Of a stretch of DNA of 64,000 bases, positions 1 to 8,538 are shown in pieces. The stretch comes from Actinomycetota bacterium. Its GTDB lineage: Bacteria > Actinomycetota > Actinomycetes > Streptosporangiales > Streptosporangiaceae. The DNA is taken from positions 81,403 to 145,402 of the forward strand of contig PLRW01000247.1 of the NCBI GenBank assembly GCA_003164955.1, read 5' to 3'. Numbering within the stretch: position 1 is the first letter of the stretch; each line of letters starts with the position of its first letter. The position numbers and the translations under genes were made by a program. The notes below the pieces were generated by a model. That model saw only the letters and a list, made by a program, of their open reading frames with translations, ran no database searches and was not told where the DNA came from.

Positions 1-515
1 TACAGCCAGAACGCGGGCGAGTCCGCGACCGTCGGGTACACCGTCTCCTCCGGCGGCCCGGCGGCGAGCGCGCCGAGCAGGTGCACCGGGACCGGCGCGG
101 CCGCCGGGGCCTGTTCCGCCAGGATCCCCACCAGCCCGGGGGCGGCCGCGGCGGCCTCGACGGCGGTGCCGGCGAAATCGTGCGTGCTGGCGAGGAACCG
201 GGCCCGCGAGTCGTTCAGCAGTTCCGCCACGCCGTCGGCGCGCAGCATCGTCGAGACCGGGACCGGGATCGCGCCCATCCGCATCGCGGCCAGGTAGACC
301 ACCGCGAACTGCGGCGAGTCGGCCATGAGCATCAGCACGCGCTGCTCGGGCTGCAGGCCCAGCGCCCGGAGGCCCGCGGCGGTCCGGCACACCTGGTCGT
401 ACAGCTGGGCGTAGGTCAGCTCCCCGGCGGCACCGGTCACCGCGACGCGCTGGCCATCCCCGCCGGACAGCCGCCAATCGAGCAGATATTCACATGCGTT
501 GAACAGCTGCGCCAT
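1..515 (-). CDS. benzoate-CoA ligase family AMP-dependent synthetase, N-terminal ~171 codons (gene runs off the window start)
   Basis: Absent from the ORF track because it is open at the window edge. My reverse-strand translation from ATG 515 gives MAQLFNACEYLLDWRLSGGDGQRVAVTGAAGELTYAQLYDQVCRTAAGLRALGLQPEQRVLMLMADSPQFAVVYLAAMRMGAIPVPVSTML..., a typical aryl-CoA ligase N-terminus. GGAG lies ~10 nt upstream. The gene sits directly downstream of boxB. Confidence 0.7.
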   Translation of the reverse strand, partial: MAQLFNACEYLLDWRLSGGDGQRVAVTGAAGELTYAQLYDQVCRTAAGLRALGLQPEQRVLMLMADSPQFAVVYLAAMRMGAIPVPVSTMLRADGVAELLNDSRARFLASTHDFAGTAVEAAAAAPGLVGILAEQAPAAAPVPVHLLGALAAGPPEETVYPTVADSPAFWL

Positions 516-573
516 GCTGCGACGCTCCGATCCTCGGCCAGGCTTCTTCGCTGGGGTTCTGCGCGGGAACGGT

Positions 574-2007
574 TCAGGCGAGGTGGACGTAGTCGTACTC
601 GAACGGCTTGCCGTTGATCCCGTTGCGGGGCGGCGCGATCCAGGCGGCGATCTTACCCCGCTCGTGCACGGGCTGCATGAGCGAGCGGACGTGCGTCTTG
701 TCCACGTCGGTGGGCAGCCACTGCCCCCGGCGCCGCTCCCACTCACCGGCGGGCAGCTTCTCCCCGTCGGGGGCGGCCTCGATCCCGGCGAACGCCCCCA
801 CCCGGCGGTTGAACGCGATGTGCGGCAGCTTGAGCCGCTGGGTCAGGCCCGCCTCGGCCAGGATCTTGTTCCAGCGGTTGACGCCGCTCCGGCAGTCGGA
901 GATGTACTCGCGGCGCAGGTCGGTGTTGAGGCCGACGAGCGCGGGCACCTCGGTCTGCCCGATGCTCTGCTCGCCATTTCCGGCGCCGGCCAGCGTGTCG
1001 ACCATGATCGAGTCGTCGGTCAGCCGGTGGTCGTCCGTGCGCCGCTCTTCCATCCACCGGCCCTTCAGGCCCGCGGTGTAGTAGTTCGCCACGTTCGTGG
1101 ACGTTTCCCCGCCGAACAGGTCCAGCGACACCGAGTAGTGGAAGTTCAGGTACTTCTGGATCACCGGCAGCGGGATGACCCCGAGCGCGGCCACGTCGTC
1201 GGTGTCGTTTTCCACCATCACCTGCGCGGTCCGGCCCACCACCCGGTCGACCCCGGTGGTGCCGACCATCATGTGGTGCGCCTCCTCCTTGAGCATGAAC
1301 TCACACGTCCGCGAGAGCGGGTCGAAGGCGCTCTCCTTCAGCGTGCCGAGCTGGTACTTGCCGTCCCGGTCGGTGAAGTAGGTGAACATGAAGAACGACA
1401 GCCAGTCCGGGGTCTCCTCGTTGAACGCGCCCAGGATCCGCGGGGAGTCCTCGCTGCCGGAGTTGCGGTGCAGCAGTTCCCCGGCCTCCTCGCGGCCCTC
1501 CCGGCCGAAGTAGGCGTGCAGCAGGTACACCATCGCCCACAGGTGCCGCCCCTCCTCCACGTTGACCTGGAACAGGTTGCGCAGGTCGTACAGGCTGGGC
1601 GCGGTGGCCCCGAGGTTGCGCTGCTGCTCGACGCTGGCCGGCTCGGTGTCGCCCTGGATGACGAGCAGCCGCTGCAGGTCGGCGCGGTACTCGCCGGGAA
1701 CCTTCTGCCAGGCCGGCTCGCCCTTGTGCTGGCCGAACGCGATCCGCCGGTCGCTGTCCCGCTCGGCCAGGAAGACGCCCCACCGGTAGTCCTTCATCGG
1801 CACGTGCCCGAAGTGCGCCCAGCCCTCGCGGCCGACGTTGACCGCGGTGCGCAGGTACACGTCCTTGGTGGGCAGCGCCGGGCCCATCGACTCCCACCAG
1901 TTCAGGAAGTCGGGCTGCCAGGATTCCAGGGCGCGCCGGAGCCGGCGGTCCTCGCGCAGGTTGACGTTGTTAGGGATCTTCTCGGTGTAGTCGGGCGCCG
2001 TGGTCAT
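574..2007 (-). CDS. boxB: benzoyl-CoA 2,3-epoxidase (benzoyl-CoA oxygenase) component B
   Basis: 477 aa. N-terminus KIPNNVNLREDRRLRRALESWQPDFLNWWESMGP...YLRTAVNVGREGWAHFGHVPMKDYRWGVFLA matches my recollection of the BoxB di-iron protein. Length fits (~475 aa). Confidence 0.9.
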   Translation of the reverse strand: MTTAPDYTEKIPNNVNLREDRRLRRALESWQPDFLNWWESMGPALPTKDVYLRTAVNVGREGWAHFGHVPMKDYRWGVFLAERDSDRRIAFGQHKGEPAWQKVPGEYRADLQRLLVIQGDTEPASVEQQRNLGATAPSLYDLRNLFQVNVEEGRHLWAMVYLLHAYFGREGREEAGELLHRNSGSEDSPRILGAFNEETPDWLSFFMFTYFTDRDGKYQLGTLKESAFDPLSRTCEFMLKEEAHHMMVGTTGVDRVVGRTAQVMVENDTDDVAALGVIPLPVIQKYLNFHYSVSLDLFGGETSTNVANYYTAGLKGRWMEERRTDDHRLTDDSIMVDTLAGAGNGEQSIGQTEVPALVGLNTDLRREYISDCRSGVNRWNKILAEAGLTQRLKLPHIAFNRRVGAFAGIEAAPDGEKLPAGEWERRRGQWLPTDVDKTHVRSLMQPVHERGKIAAWIAPPRNGINGKPFEYDYVHLA

Positions 2008-2012
2008 GGTGG

Positions 2013-3677
2013 TCAGACTCGCTTTCGATCGAAGTCAGCGCGCTGCCCGGTTCCGTAGCGGCGCAGCGCACCGTCGGGGCCCGAGGCGTTCGGCCGGTAG
2101 AAGATCCAGTTCTGCCAGGCGGTCAGCCGGCCGAAGATCTTGGTTTCCATGGTCTCCGGCCCGGCAAAGCGGTAGTTCGCCTCCAGGCCGGTGAGGGCGT
2201 CGGGGCTGAAGCTGGCCCGCTCCTCGATCGCGATGCGGACCTCCTCGTCCCAGTCGATGTCGTCGGGGGTGAAGGTCACCAGGCCGAGCGTCCCGGCGTC
2301 CTCGGCACCCAGCGGCTCACCGGCTTGCTTCTCCACCTCAGCCAGGCCCGCCTCGTCGCCGAGGTAGCGCGTCTGCAGCCGGGTCAGGCCGTTGCCCATC
2401 GGCAGCGGGCCGGTGTTCATCGGGCCCACCGTGATCGTGGCCGGGTCCGCGTCCGGGTCGACCTCCTCGAACACCCCGGAGAGCTGGTACGAGCGGTCCG
2501 CGGCCAGCGCCAGCTCCAGCAGCGAGCCGGCGAAGCAGCCGCCCGGCTCGATCAGCGCGAGGAGGCTGCGGCTGGTCACGTCCAGTCGCTTCAGCGTGCG
2601 CTTGAGGTAGTGGATGATCTCGCTGGCCAGCCAGTCGTCGCGGTGGTCCAGCAGCAGCCGGTCGTAGCCCAGCACCCGGGCCGCGTCTCCGGACGTGCGC
2701 AGCACCCAGGTGCCGGCCTCGAGCTCGTTGGTGCGCAGGTCGAGGATCAGGTCGTCCAGCTCGCGGGTGACGGCCAGGGTCCAGAAATCCGCGCCCTGCG
2801 CATGGATCCCGGCGGCGTCGGTGGGGGCGTCCCCGTCCGGGCCATGGACGGTGATCTCGGCGACCGCGCGAGCGGCGTCCAGCCGCGCGGTCACGTGGCG
2901 GTAGCAGATCTCGTCATCGGTGCGCGTCTTGTCCAGCGGGGTCAGCGTGATTCCGGTAGCGCCCGCGGGCCGGTGTGAGCGCTCCGCGAGCTCCGCGGCG
3001 CGGGCGGCGACCGTCTCGTCCCACTTGGCCCGGGGGACGGCCTCGTCGACCAGCCGCCACTGGACCGCCTTCTTGCCGCCCACCCCCTCGGCGCGGGTGG
3101 AGAAATAGTCGGCGAGGTCCCGGCGGACGTGCCGCTTGTCCACCACCCGGGTCAGCCCGCCGGTCCCGGGCAGCACCCCCAGCAACGGCAGCTCCGGCAG
3201 CGACACGGCCGAGGACCGGTCGTCGATGAGCATGAGGTGCTCGCACGCCAGCGCCAGCTCGTAGCCACCGCCCGACGCGGTCCCGTTCAGCGCGGCCAGG
3301 TAGGTCTGGCCGGATCTGGCGGTCGCGTCCTCGATCCCGTTGCGGGTCTCGTTGGTGAACTTGCAGAAATTGACCTTCCACGGGTGCGGGGAGGCGGCCA
3401 GCATGCGGATGTTCGCGCCCGCACAGAAGATCTTGTCCTTGCCGCTGGTCACCACGACCGCGCGCACCTCGGGGTGCTCGAACCGCAGCCGCTGCACCGC
3501 GTCATACAGCTCGATGTCCACGCCGAGGTCATAGGAGTTCAGCTTCAGCTCGTACCCGGGCACGAGGCCGCCGTGGGAGTCGACGTCCATGGTCAGGGTC
3601 GCGACCGGCCCATCACACGCCAATCGCCAGTGCCGGTAGCCAGCGGGCTCTACCTGGAAGTCGACCCTGGTCATCAT
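2013..3677 (-). CDS. boxC: 2,3-epoxybenzoyl-CoA dihydrolase (benzoyl-CoA-dihydrodiol lyase), crotonase superfamily
   Basis: 554 aa. Crotonase core (VVVTSGKDKIFCAGANI, GTASGGGYELALACEH) in a double-length protein typical of BoxC. Lies 5 nt upstream of boxB on the same strand. Confidence 0.9.
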   Translation of the reverse strand: MMTRVDFQVEPAGYRHWRLACDGPVATLTMDVDSHGGLVPGYELKLNSYDLGVDIELYDAVQRLRFEHPEVRAVVVTSGKDKIFCAGANIRMLAASPHPWKVNFCKFTNETRNGIEDATARSGQTYLAALNGTASGGGYELALACEHLMLIDDRSSAVSLPELPLLGVLPGTGGLTRVVDKRHVRRDLADYFSTRAEGVGGKKAVQWRLVDEAVPRAKWDETVAARAAELAERSHRPAGATGITLTPLDKTRTDDEICYRHVTARLDAARAVAEITVHGPDGDAPTDAAGIHAQGADFWTLAVTRELDDLILDLRTNELEAGTWVLRTSGDAARVLGYDRLLLDHRDDWLASEIIHYLKRTLKRLDVTSRSLLALIEPGGCFAGSLLELALAADRSYQLSGVFEEVDPDADPATITVGPMNTGPLPMGNGLTRLQTRYLGDEAGLAEVEKQAGEPLGAEDAGTLGLVTFTPDDIDWDEEVRIAIEERASFSPDALTGLEANYRFAGPETMETKIFGRLTAWQNWIFYRPNASGPDGALRRYGTGQRADFDRKRV

Positions 3678-3752
3678 CGTCCCTCCGTGTGGCCCGGCTC
3701 TCCTCCATGCTCTACGTTAAGCGGTAATTTCGTCAAGGTTCCGTAGCATATT

Positions 3753-3945
3753 GGTGTACGCGATGGCACCTCTACGTGCACTGGGGTACACGCGATGGCG
3801 CCTTTACGTGCAAAGGCGGGCCGGAGGGTGGCCCGTCCGGCTGGTTAACGGGAGCCTCCGGAGGACCGGACCGGTCCACGGCGGGAGCCCCGGAGGACCG
3901 GACCGGTCCGCGACGGGAGCCCCGGAGAAGCGCCCGGCTGGTTAA
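3753..3945. promoter_or_regulatory. repeat-rich boxC upstream region (candidate operators)
   Basis: Direct repeat GTACRCGATGGCRCCTYTACGTGCA at 3753-3780 and 3784-3812. Tandem CGGGAGCCYCCGGAGGACCGGACCGGTCC at 3849-3881 and 3882-3913, with a partial third copy; each contains the palindrome GGACCGGTCC. CCGGCTGGTTAA occurs at 3837-3848 and 3934-3945. Confidence 0.4.
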
Positions 3946-4874
3946 TCGGTGCGGTTCAGGCGTTTCCACTCCCGCTGCGCAGCAGCCGACCAGCACTGAT
4001 GCCGGTCCGCGAACAGCCGGGCGGCGGTCAGGCCGCTCCAGCGCGCGGGCAGCAGTTCCCGGGGCAGGGCCGGGTCGATAGCCGGGAACCGGCGCCAGGC
4101 GTGCACCAGCTCGACCTGCCGGGCCAGCACGTCCTCCGGAGCGCGGCCGCGGAACTCCTCGATGAACTGCTCATACTGTTCCTCGATCGCGGCCAGGTCC
4201 CAGGCCGCGGCCACCATGTCCCGCACGTCGGCCAGACCGGACCGGCGCGCCACGAACAGCTGGGCGCCGTCCGCGACACCGGCCGCCCGCAGCACCTGGG
4301 TGGCCTCGGCCTCGCGGTCCGGGTGCGGGCTGATCCACAGGCCGGGCCCCAGCGACCCGAATCCGGCCCAGCTGAGCCGGGTGCGCAGCACGTGCCGGGC
4401 CCGCCGGTCGCTGTCCGGGACGCGTGCGGACACCAGCAGCCAGCGGCCGTCCCAGTCCGGCGCCGGGCCGGTGAAGGAGTAGATCCGCTCCGCACCGTCG
4501 GTGAGCAGGCGGTGCGCGCTGACGGTAAGCCGCCACTGGGTCCGGCGGCCGGTTTTCTCGGCGTCCAGCCAGCCCGCGGCCGCCGTGCGCATCAGCGCCT
4601 GGCGGGTCGCCTTCTCCTCGATCCCGAGCCGGGTGAAGACCGCGAGAACCGCCGACGTCCAGGCCGTCCCGTCCCCGGTCAGCACGAACTCGCCGAGCAG
4701 CGTGAACAGCAGGCCGCGGGCACCCGGCGCCCCCGCCGCGTGCCGCCGGGACAGGGCCGGCGCGGGCGCGGCGGGAGCGCCCGGGCCAGTGCCAGCCGGG
4801 CCAGTGCCGCCCAGCTCAGCCGCGGGTGTAGCAGGCAACGCCGTCCGCCTCGGTTCGTGACAGCCGTCCCACAT
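3942..4874 (-). CDS. PaaX family transcriptional regulator
   Basis: 310-aa ORF. LLFTLLGEFVL...WTSAVLAVFTRLGIEEKATRQALMRTAAAGWL (wHTH) plus a PaaX C-terminal-type region (WDGRWLLV..., LSWAGFGSLGPGLWISP). The true start is probably internal, because the 4874 start overlaps the MBL gene by 59 nt. Confidence 0.8.
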   Translation of the reverse strand: MWDGCHEPRRTALPATPAAELGGTGPAGTGPGAPAAPAPALSRRHAAGAPGARGLLFTLLGEFVLTGDGTAWTSAVLAVFTRLGIEEKATRQALMRTAAAGWLDAEKTGRRTQWRLTVSAHRLLTDGAERIYSFTGPAPDWDGRWLLVSARVPDSDRRARHVLRTRLSWAGFGSLGPGLWISPHPDREAEATQVLRAAGVADGAQLFVARRSGLADVRDMVAAAWDLAAIEEQYEQFIEEFRGRAPEDVLARQVELVHAWRRFPAIDPALPRELLPARWSGLTAARLFADRHQCWSAAAQREWKRLNRTD

Positions 4875-5856
4875 GCACCAGGACGTCGAGATGCGCCATT
4901 GTCTCGGTCACCGCGAGGCAGCGGCCCAGCAGGTCCAGCTCGGCGAACGTGCGGCCCCACCGGGTCCACAGCATCCGCCGCGCGGCTTCGCTGGCCGTGT
5001 GCGCGCCCGCGTCGATCAGCTCGTCGATCTGGTGCAGCCGGATGTCGTGGTGCTCGATCAGCTCGTCGACCCGGGCGTGCACGCTCGGCGCGACCGGGCC
5101 GTGGGCGGGCAGCAGGCGCCGGTCGGGCAGCCCGCGGACCAGCTTCAGCGAGTCGAGGTAGTCGCGCAGCGGCAGCTCGGCGGGCTGCTGCTCGAACCCG
5201 ATCGACGGCGTGATCCGCGGCAGCACGTGATCGCCCGCGAACATGACGTCGCGGGCCGGGTCGACGAACACCACGTGACCGCGGGTGTGCCCCGGAGTCG
5301 GGTGCACCTGCCAGCTCCCGGTCCCGACCTGGATCTCTTCCGGCGCGTCGAACCAGTCGTCCGGGTCGTCCCAGTCGCTGACGTCGTACTGGACCGGTGC
5401 GCCCACCACTTCGCGGCACAGGTCATCGGCGCCGCCCCGGCGCAGCTGCGTCAGCATGCCGACCCAGGGCCCCGCGAGGCGGTCCCGCGCGGTCCGCAGC
5501 GTGGCCGCCTCGCCGCGGCCCAGGGTGATCCGCATGCCGAACTCGCGGCGCAGCGTCACGGCCAGCGTGTAGTGGTCCCGGTGGACGTGGGTGACCAGGA
5601 ACCGGCGGACGCCCGCCAGGCTCACGTCCAGCAGCTTGACCGCCTGCTCGAGCAGGTCGCGCGCCTCGGTGATGGCCCAGCCGGAGTCGACCAGGACCAG
5701 CTCGTCACCGTCGCGGACCGCGTAGACATTGACCGCCTGCAGGCCGTCCTGCGGCAAGGGCAGCGGAATCCGGTACACGCCGGCGCCCACGTCGTAAGCC
5801 CCGGGGATCGTCCAGTCCGCCTCCGGGTCATCCTGCCGTAGCTGCATCATCGTCAC
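4816..5856 (-). CDS. MBL-fold metallo-hydrolase
   Basis: 346 aa. HxHxDH motif (THVHRDHY), a later HTRGH, and FAGDHVL. Confidence 0.85.
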   Translation of the reverse strand: MTMMQLRQDDPEADWTIPGAYDVGAGVYRIPLPLPQDGLQAVNVYAVRDGDELVLVDSGWAITEARDLLEQAVKLLDVSLAGVRRFLVTHVHRDHYTLAVTLRREFGMRITLGRGEAATLRTARDRLAGPWVGMLTQLRRGGADDLCREVVGAPVQYDVSDWDDPDDWFDAPEEIQVGTGSWQVHPTPGHTRGHVVFVDPARDVMFAGDHVLPRITPSIGFEQQPAELPLRDYLDSLKLVRGLPDRRLLPAHGPVAPSVHARVDELIEHHDIRLHQIDELIDAGAHTASEAARRMLWTRWGRTFAELDLLGRCLAVTETMAHLDVLVHVGRLSRTEADGVACYTRG

Positions 5857-5884
5857 CGTTCATGCTTAGCACGGCGGCTATGCG

Positions 5885-5973
5885 TGGCCTGGCGGCGACC
5901 TGGGAGACATCGCTCACGGCCGCCCCGCCGCCGCTGCATGGCCTGGCGGCGACCGGGAGACATCGCTCACGGC
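5885..5973. repeat. 35-36 bp direct repeat x2 (period 54) immediately upstream of the MBL gene
   Basis: TGGCCTGGCGGCGACC(T)GGGAGACATCGCTCACGGC at 5885-5920 and 5939-5973. It is followed by the 9-bp-stem hairpin GGGCGCCCC/GGGGCGCCC at 6002-6029. Confidence 0.85.
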
Positions 5974-6116
5974 ACCCCCGCCACCCAGCCCCGCCCGGCC
6001 CGGGCGCCCCCGGAAACCCAGGGGCGCCCAGATCTCGTCCTGCCGCGCGGCCCACCCCAGTCCGCTACTGACAACAAACGCCCGGCAACAATTGAGAAAA
6101 TAACATCAGATAAGTT

Positions 6117-6166
6117 GACCCGAATGATTTCAGGTATGACCCGAATGATTTCAGGTATGACCCGAA
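6117..6166. repeat. 21-bp tandem repeat, about 2.4 copies, in an AT-richer non-coding stretch
   Basis: GACCCGAATGATTTCAGGTAT at 6117-6137 and 6138-6158, then GACCCGAA. Confidence 0.9.
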
Positions 6167-6920
6167 AGCGAAACAGGTGTAAATGCCAGCCCTTTGTGCA
6201 TGCGGATGAACGTTTCGCCGCATACGGGCATTTTTCGGGGCAGGCGCGGCCTGCCCGCGCCCCGCAACGGCCGGCCCCTTCGGGGTTTCTGGCCCAGCGC
6301 GGCACCTCCCGGCGGCCAGCGATAGGACCACAGAGATAGCCGGGAATAGGAATTGAATTACTTTAAGTAGTCAGTATCTTGCTGACAGTTGCTACGTTCG
6401 GGCCCGCATGCCAATGGGGCACGGCCCCTTTCTGGGCGCGCGGGCAGGTCCGGCTAATGCGAGGGCAGCGGAAAGTTTTATGCGCCGGCCCTTACCGCGC
6501 CCTATTGCCGCACAGATCCCTGCGGCCGTCGTTTCCGCAGGCTACTGTCGCACCGGCCGCCGGGCGCGATGCCACGGGGAGGCACTGTCCGGCGCCCCCT
6601 GCCGGGATCTGGCGGCCGCCCCAGCTGCGCGGGCATCGCTCGCACGGTCCGCCGGATAGATATTACGGTAGTCATTCAATGACGGAAAGTAACAGCACAG
6701 TGGCCACGTCACGCGATTAACCCGGCGGGCTAGGCCTTTGCGGCGCGGACCGGCGATTGCCGACAACGCCAGCTTTTTCTGACCTCTCATGAAAAGAGGC
6801 CAGGGATTATAACGAAACTATAACGAGAACGGCTTGACGCCATCCGGGACCGCCCCGCGAGCGTCTCTCTAACATCAGGCAGATGTTTGCGGGGTTCTCT
6901 GCGCACCTGGTGCTTGCAGA

Positions 6921-6932
6921 TATTACGTAATA
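6921..6932. promoter_or_regulatory. perfect 12-bp palindrome TATTACGTAATA upstream of the pelF-like operon
   Basis: Seen directly. The core ATTACGTAAT recurs at 22509-22518 upstream of the agd3-like gene. AGATATTACG also occurs at 6658-6667. Confidence 0.35.
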
Positions 6933-7047
6933 CGCATCACATTGGGCGGGGGCCGGGAGAAATGACGCGCGACTGGGGATACGACCATGCCCCGCGAACG
7001 TTCCGGAGCGGGCAACGTGTCCCCCGCAGGCGCAGTGAGCGGGCGGC

Positions 7048-8538
7048 ATGAAGATCGCGATGATGACCGAGGGTACCTACCCGTACAGCTTCGGCGGGGT
7101 GAGCGTATGGTGCGATCAGCTCATCCGCGGCCTGACCGGCTACGACTTCAGCCTGGTGGCGATCGTGGCGACCGGGGCCGAGCGCATGGTGTGGCCGCTG
7201 CCGGGCAACGTTGTCGCGGTCGACAGGGTGCCGCTGTGGAGCACCGCGCCGGCCGGCCCCACGGTGAGCCGCCGGAACGGGCTTCCGGTCGGCCTGCTGC
7301 GCGAGCTCATCGATTCGCTGCTCGATTCCTCCGCCGAGGCCCAGCCCCGGTTCACCGGTGTCCTGCGCGAGCTGTTCGAATTCGCCCAGCGCGGGAACCT
7401 CAGCGCCGCTCTGGGCAGCGACAAGGCCGTACGGCTGCTCAGCGAGGCCTGGATGGAACGGCCGCCGCCCGCCCACTGGCGGACCGCACCTACCCTGCAC
7501 GACGCGGTCAGCGCGATGCAGCTCCTGGACCACGCGCTCCGGCCGCTCTCCTGCCCGCCGCCGCAGGCGGACCTCGCGCACGCGGTGACCAACGGTCTGG
7601 CCGTGCTGCCGGCGCTGGCCGCCAAGTGGCGGTACGGCACGCCGGTGATCGTCACCGAGCATGGGGTGTATCTGCGCGAGCAGTACCTGCAGAACCGCAA
7701 GAGCCCGTACCGGTGGCCGGTCAAGGCGATCTATCTGAGTTTCATGCGCCGCCTCTGCGCGCTGGGCTACAGCGAGGCCGGGGCGATCACCCCGGGCAAC
7801 GTCTACAACCGGCGCTGGGAAGAGCGGCTGGGCGCGAAGCCGGGGCGCATCCGCACCGTGTACAACGGCGTGGACCCGGCGGACTTCCCGGCCCTTTCCG
7901 GCGAGCCCGACGCCCCGACGATCTCCTGGGTCGGGCGGATCGACCCGATCAAGGACGTGGAGACGCTGGTGCGCGCGTTCGCACTGGTGCGCCAGGAGAT
8001 GCCGGCGGCCCGGCTGCGCCTGTTCGGCTCACCGCCCAAGGGCCGGGAGTCTTACCTGGAGCGATGCCAGGCCCTGACCGCAGACCTGGGCATCACCGGG
8101 GCGGTGACGTTCGAGGGCCGGGTCGAGAACATCGCCGACGCCTACGCCGCCGGCCAGATCGTTGCGCTCTCCAGCGTCTCCGAAGGTTTCCCTTACAGCC
8201 TGATCGAGGCGATGACCTGCGGCCGGACCTGTGTCGCCACCGATGTCGGCGGGGTGACAGAGGCCGTAGGGGACACCGGCCTGGTGGTGCCCCCGCGCAA
8301 TCCGAAGCTGATGGCGCGGGCCTGTCTCACCCTGCTGCAGGACGACGATCTCCGGCACCGGCTGGGCACCGCCGCCCGGACCCGGGCGCTGCAGAACTTC
8401 ACCGTGGACGGCGCAATCAGCGCGTTCGACGAGGTCTACAGCCTCGTCAGCGCCGCCCGGCCCGGGCGGCCCGGATGGACCGAGCGGGCCATCGAGGACC
8501 CATCAGACGACCTGCTGCCCTGGAAGGCCGCCAAATGA
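7048..8538 (+). CDS. PelF-type GT4 glycosyltransferase (DUF3492-like N-terminus + GT1/GT4 C-terminal domain)
   Basis: 496 aa. N-terminus MMTEGTYPYSFGGVSVWCDQLIRGL resembles the PelF/DUF3492 signature EG.YPY..GGVS.W. C-terminal retaining-GT motifs are present (SVSEGFPYSLIEAMTCGRTCVATDVGG). Confidence 0.85.
   Translation: MKIAMMTEGTYPYSFGGVSVWCDQLIRGLTGYDFSLVAIVATGAERMVWPLPGNVVAVDRVPLWSTAPAGPTVSRRNGLPVGLLRELIDSLLDSSAEAQPRFTGVLRELFEFAQRGNLSAALGSDKAVRLLSEAWMERPPPAHWRTAPTLHDAVSAMQLLDHALRPLSCPPPQADLAHAVTNGLAVLPALAAKWRYGTPVIVTEHGVYLREQYLQNRKSPYRWPVKAIYLSFMRRLCALGYSEAGAITPGNVYNRRWEERLGAKPGRIRTVYNGVDPADFPALSGEPDAPTISWVGRIDPIKDVETLVRAFALVRQEMPAARLRLFGSPPKGRESYLERCQALTADLGITGAVTFEGRVENIADAYAAGQIVALSSVSEGFPYSLIEAMTCGRTCVATDVGGVTEAVGDTGLVVPPRNPKLMARACLTLLQDDDLRHRLGTAARTRALQNFTVDGAISAFDEVYSLVSAARPGRPGWTERAIEDPSDDLLPWKAAK

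Noticed and set aside
6379-6790. ORFs 6379..6720, 6408..6659 and 6542..6790 as genes in the long intergenic region
   Set aside because: They are mutually overlapping, have no RBS, show atypical composition and carry no motifs.
5857-7047. A c-di-GMP or other riboswitch in the long leaders of the two EPS operons (also 22174-22480 on the minus strand)
   Set aside because: I could not recognise GEMM-type or other riboswitch consensus cores by eye. This needs a covariance-model scan, so no claim is made.
6987-8534. The N-terminal half of ORF 6987..10028 (1013 aa)
   Set aside because: It overlaps the PelF-like gene in another frame with junk-like composition. The real gene is taken as starting at ATG 8535, which overlaps the GT stop as ATGA.
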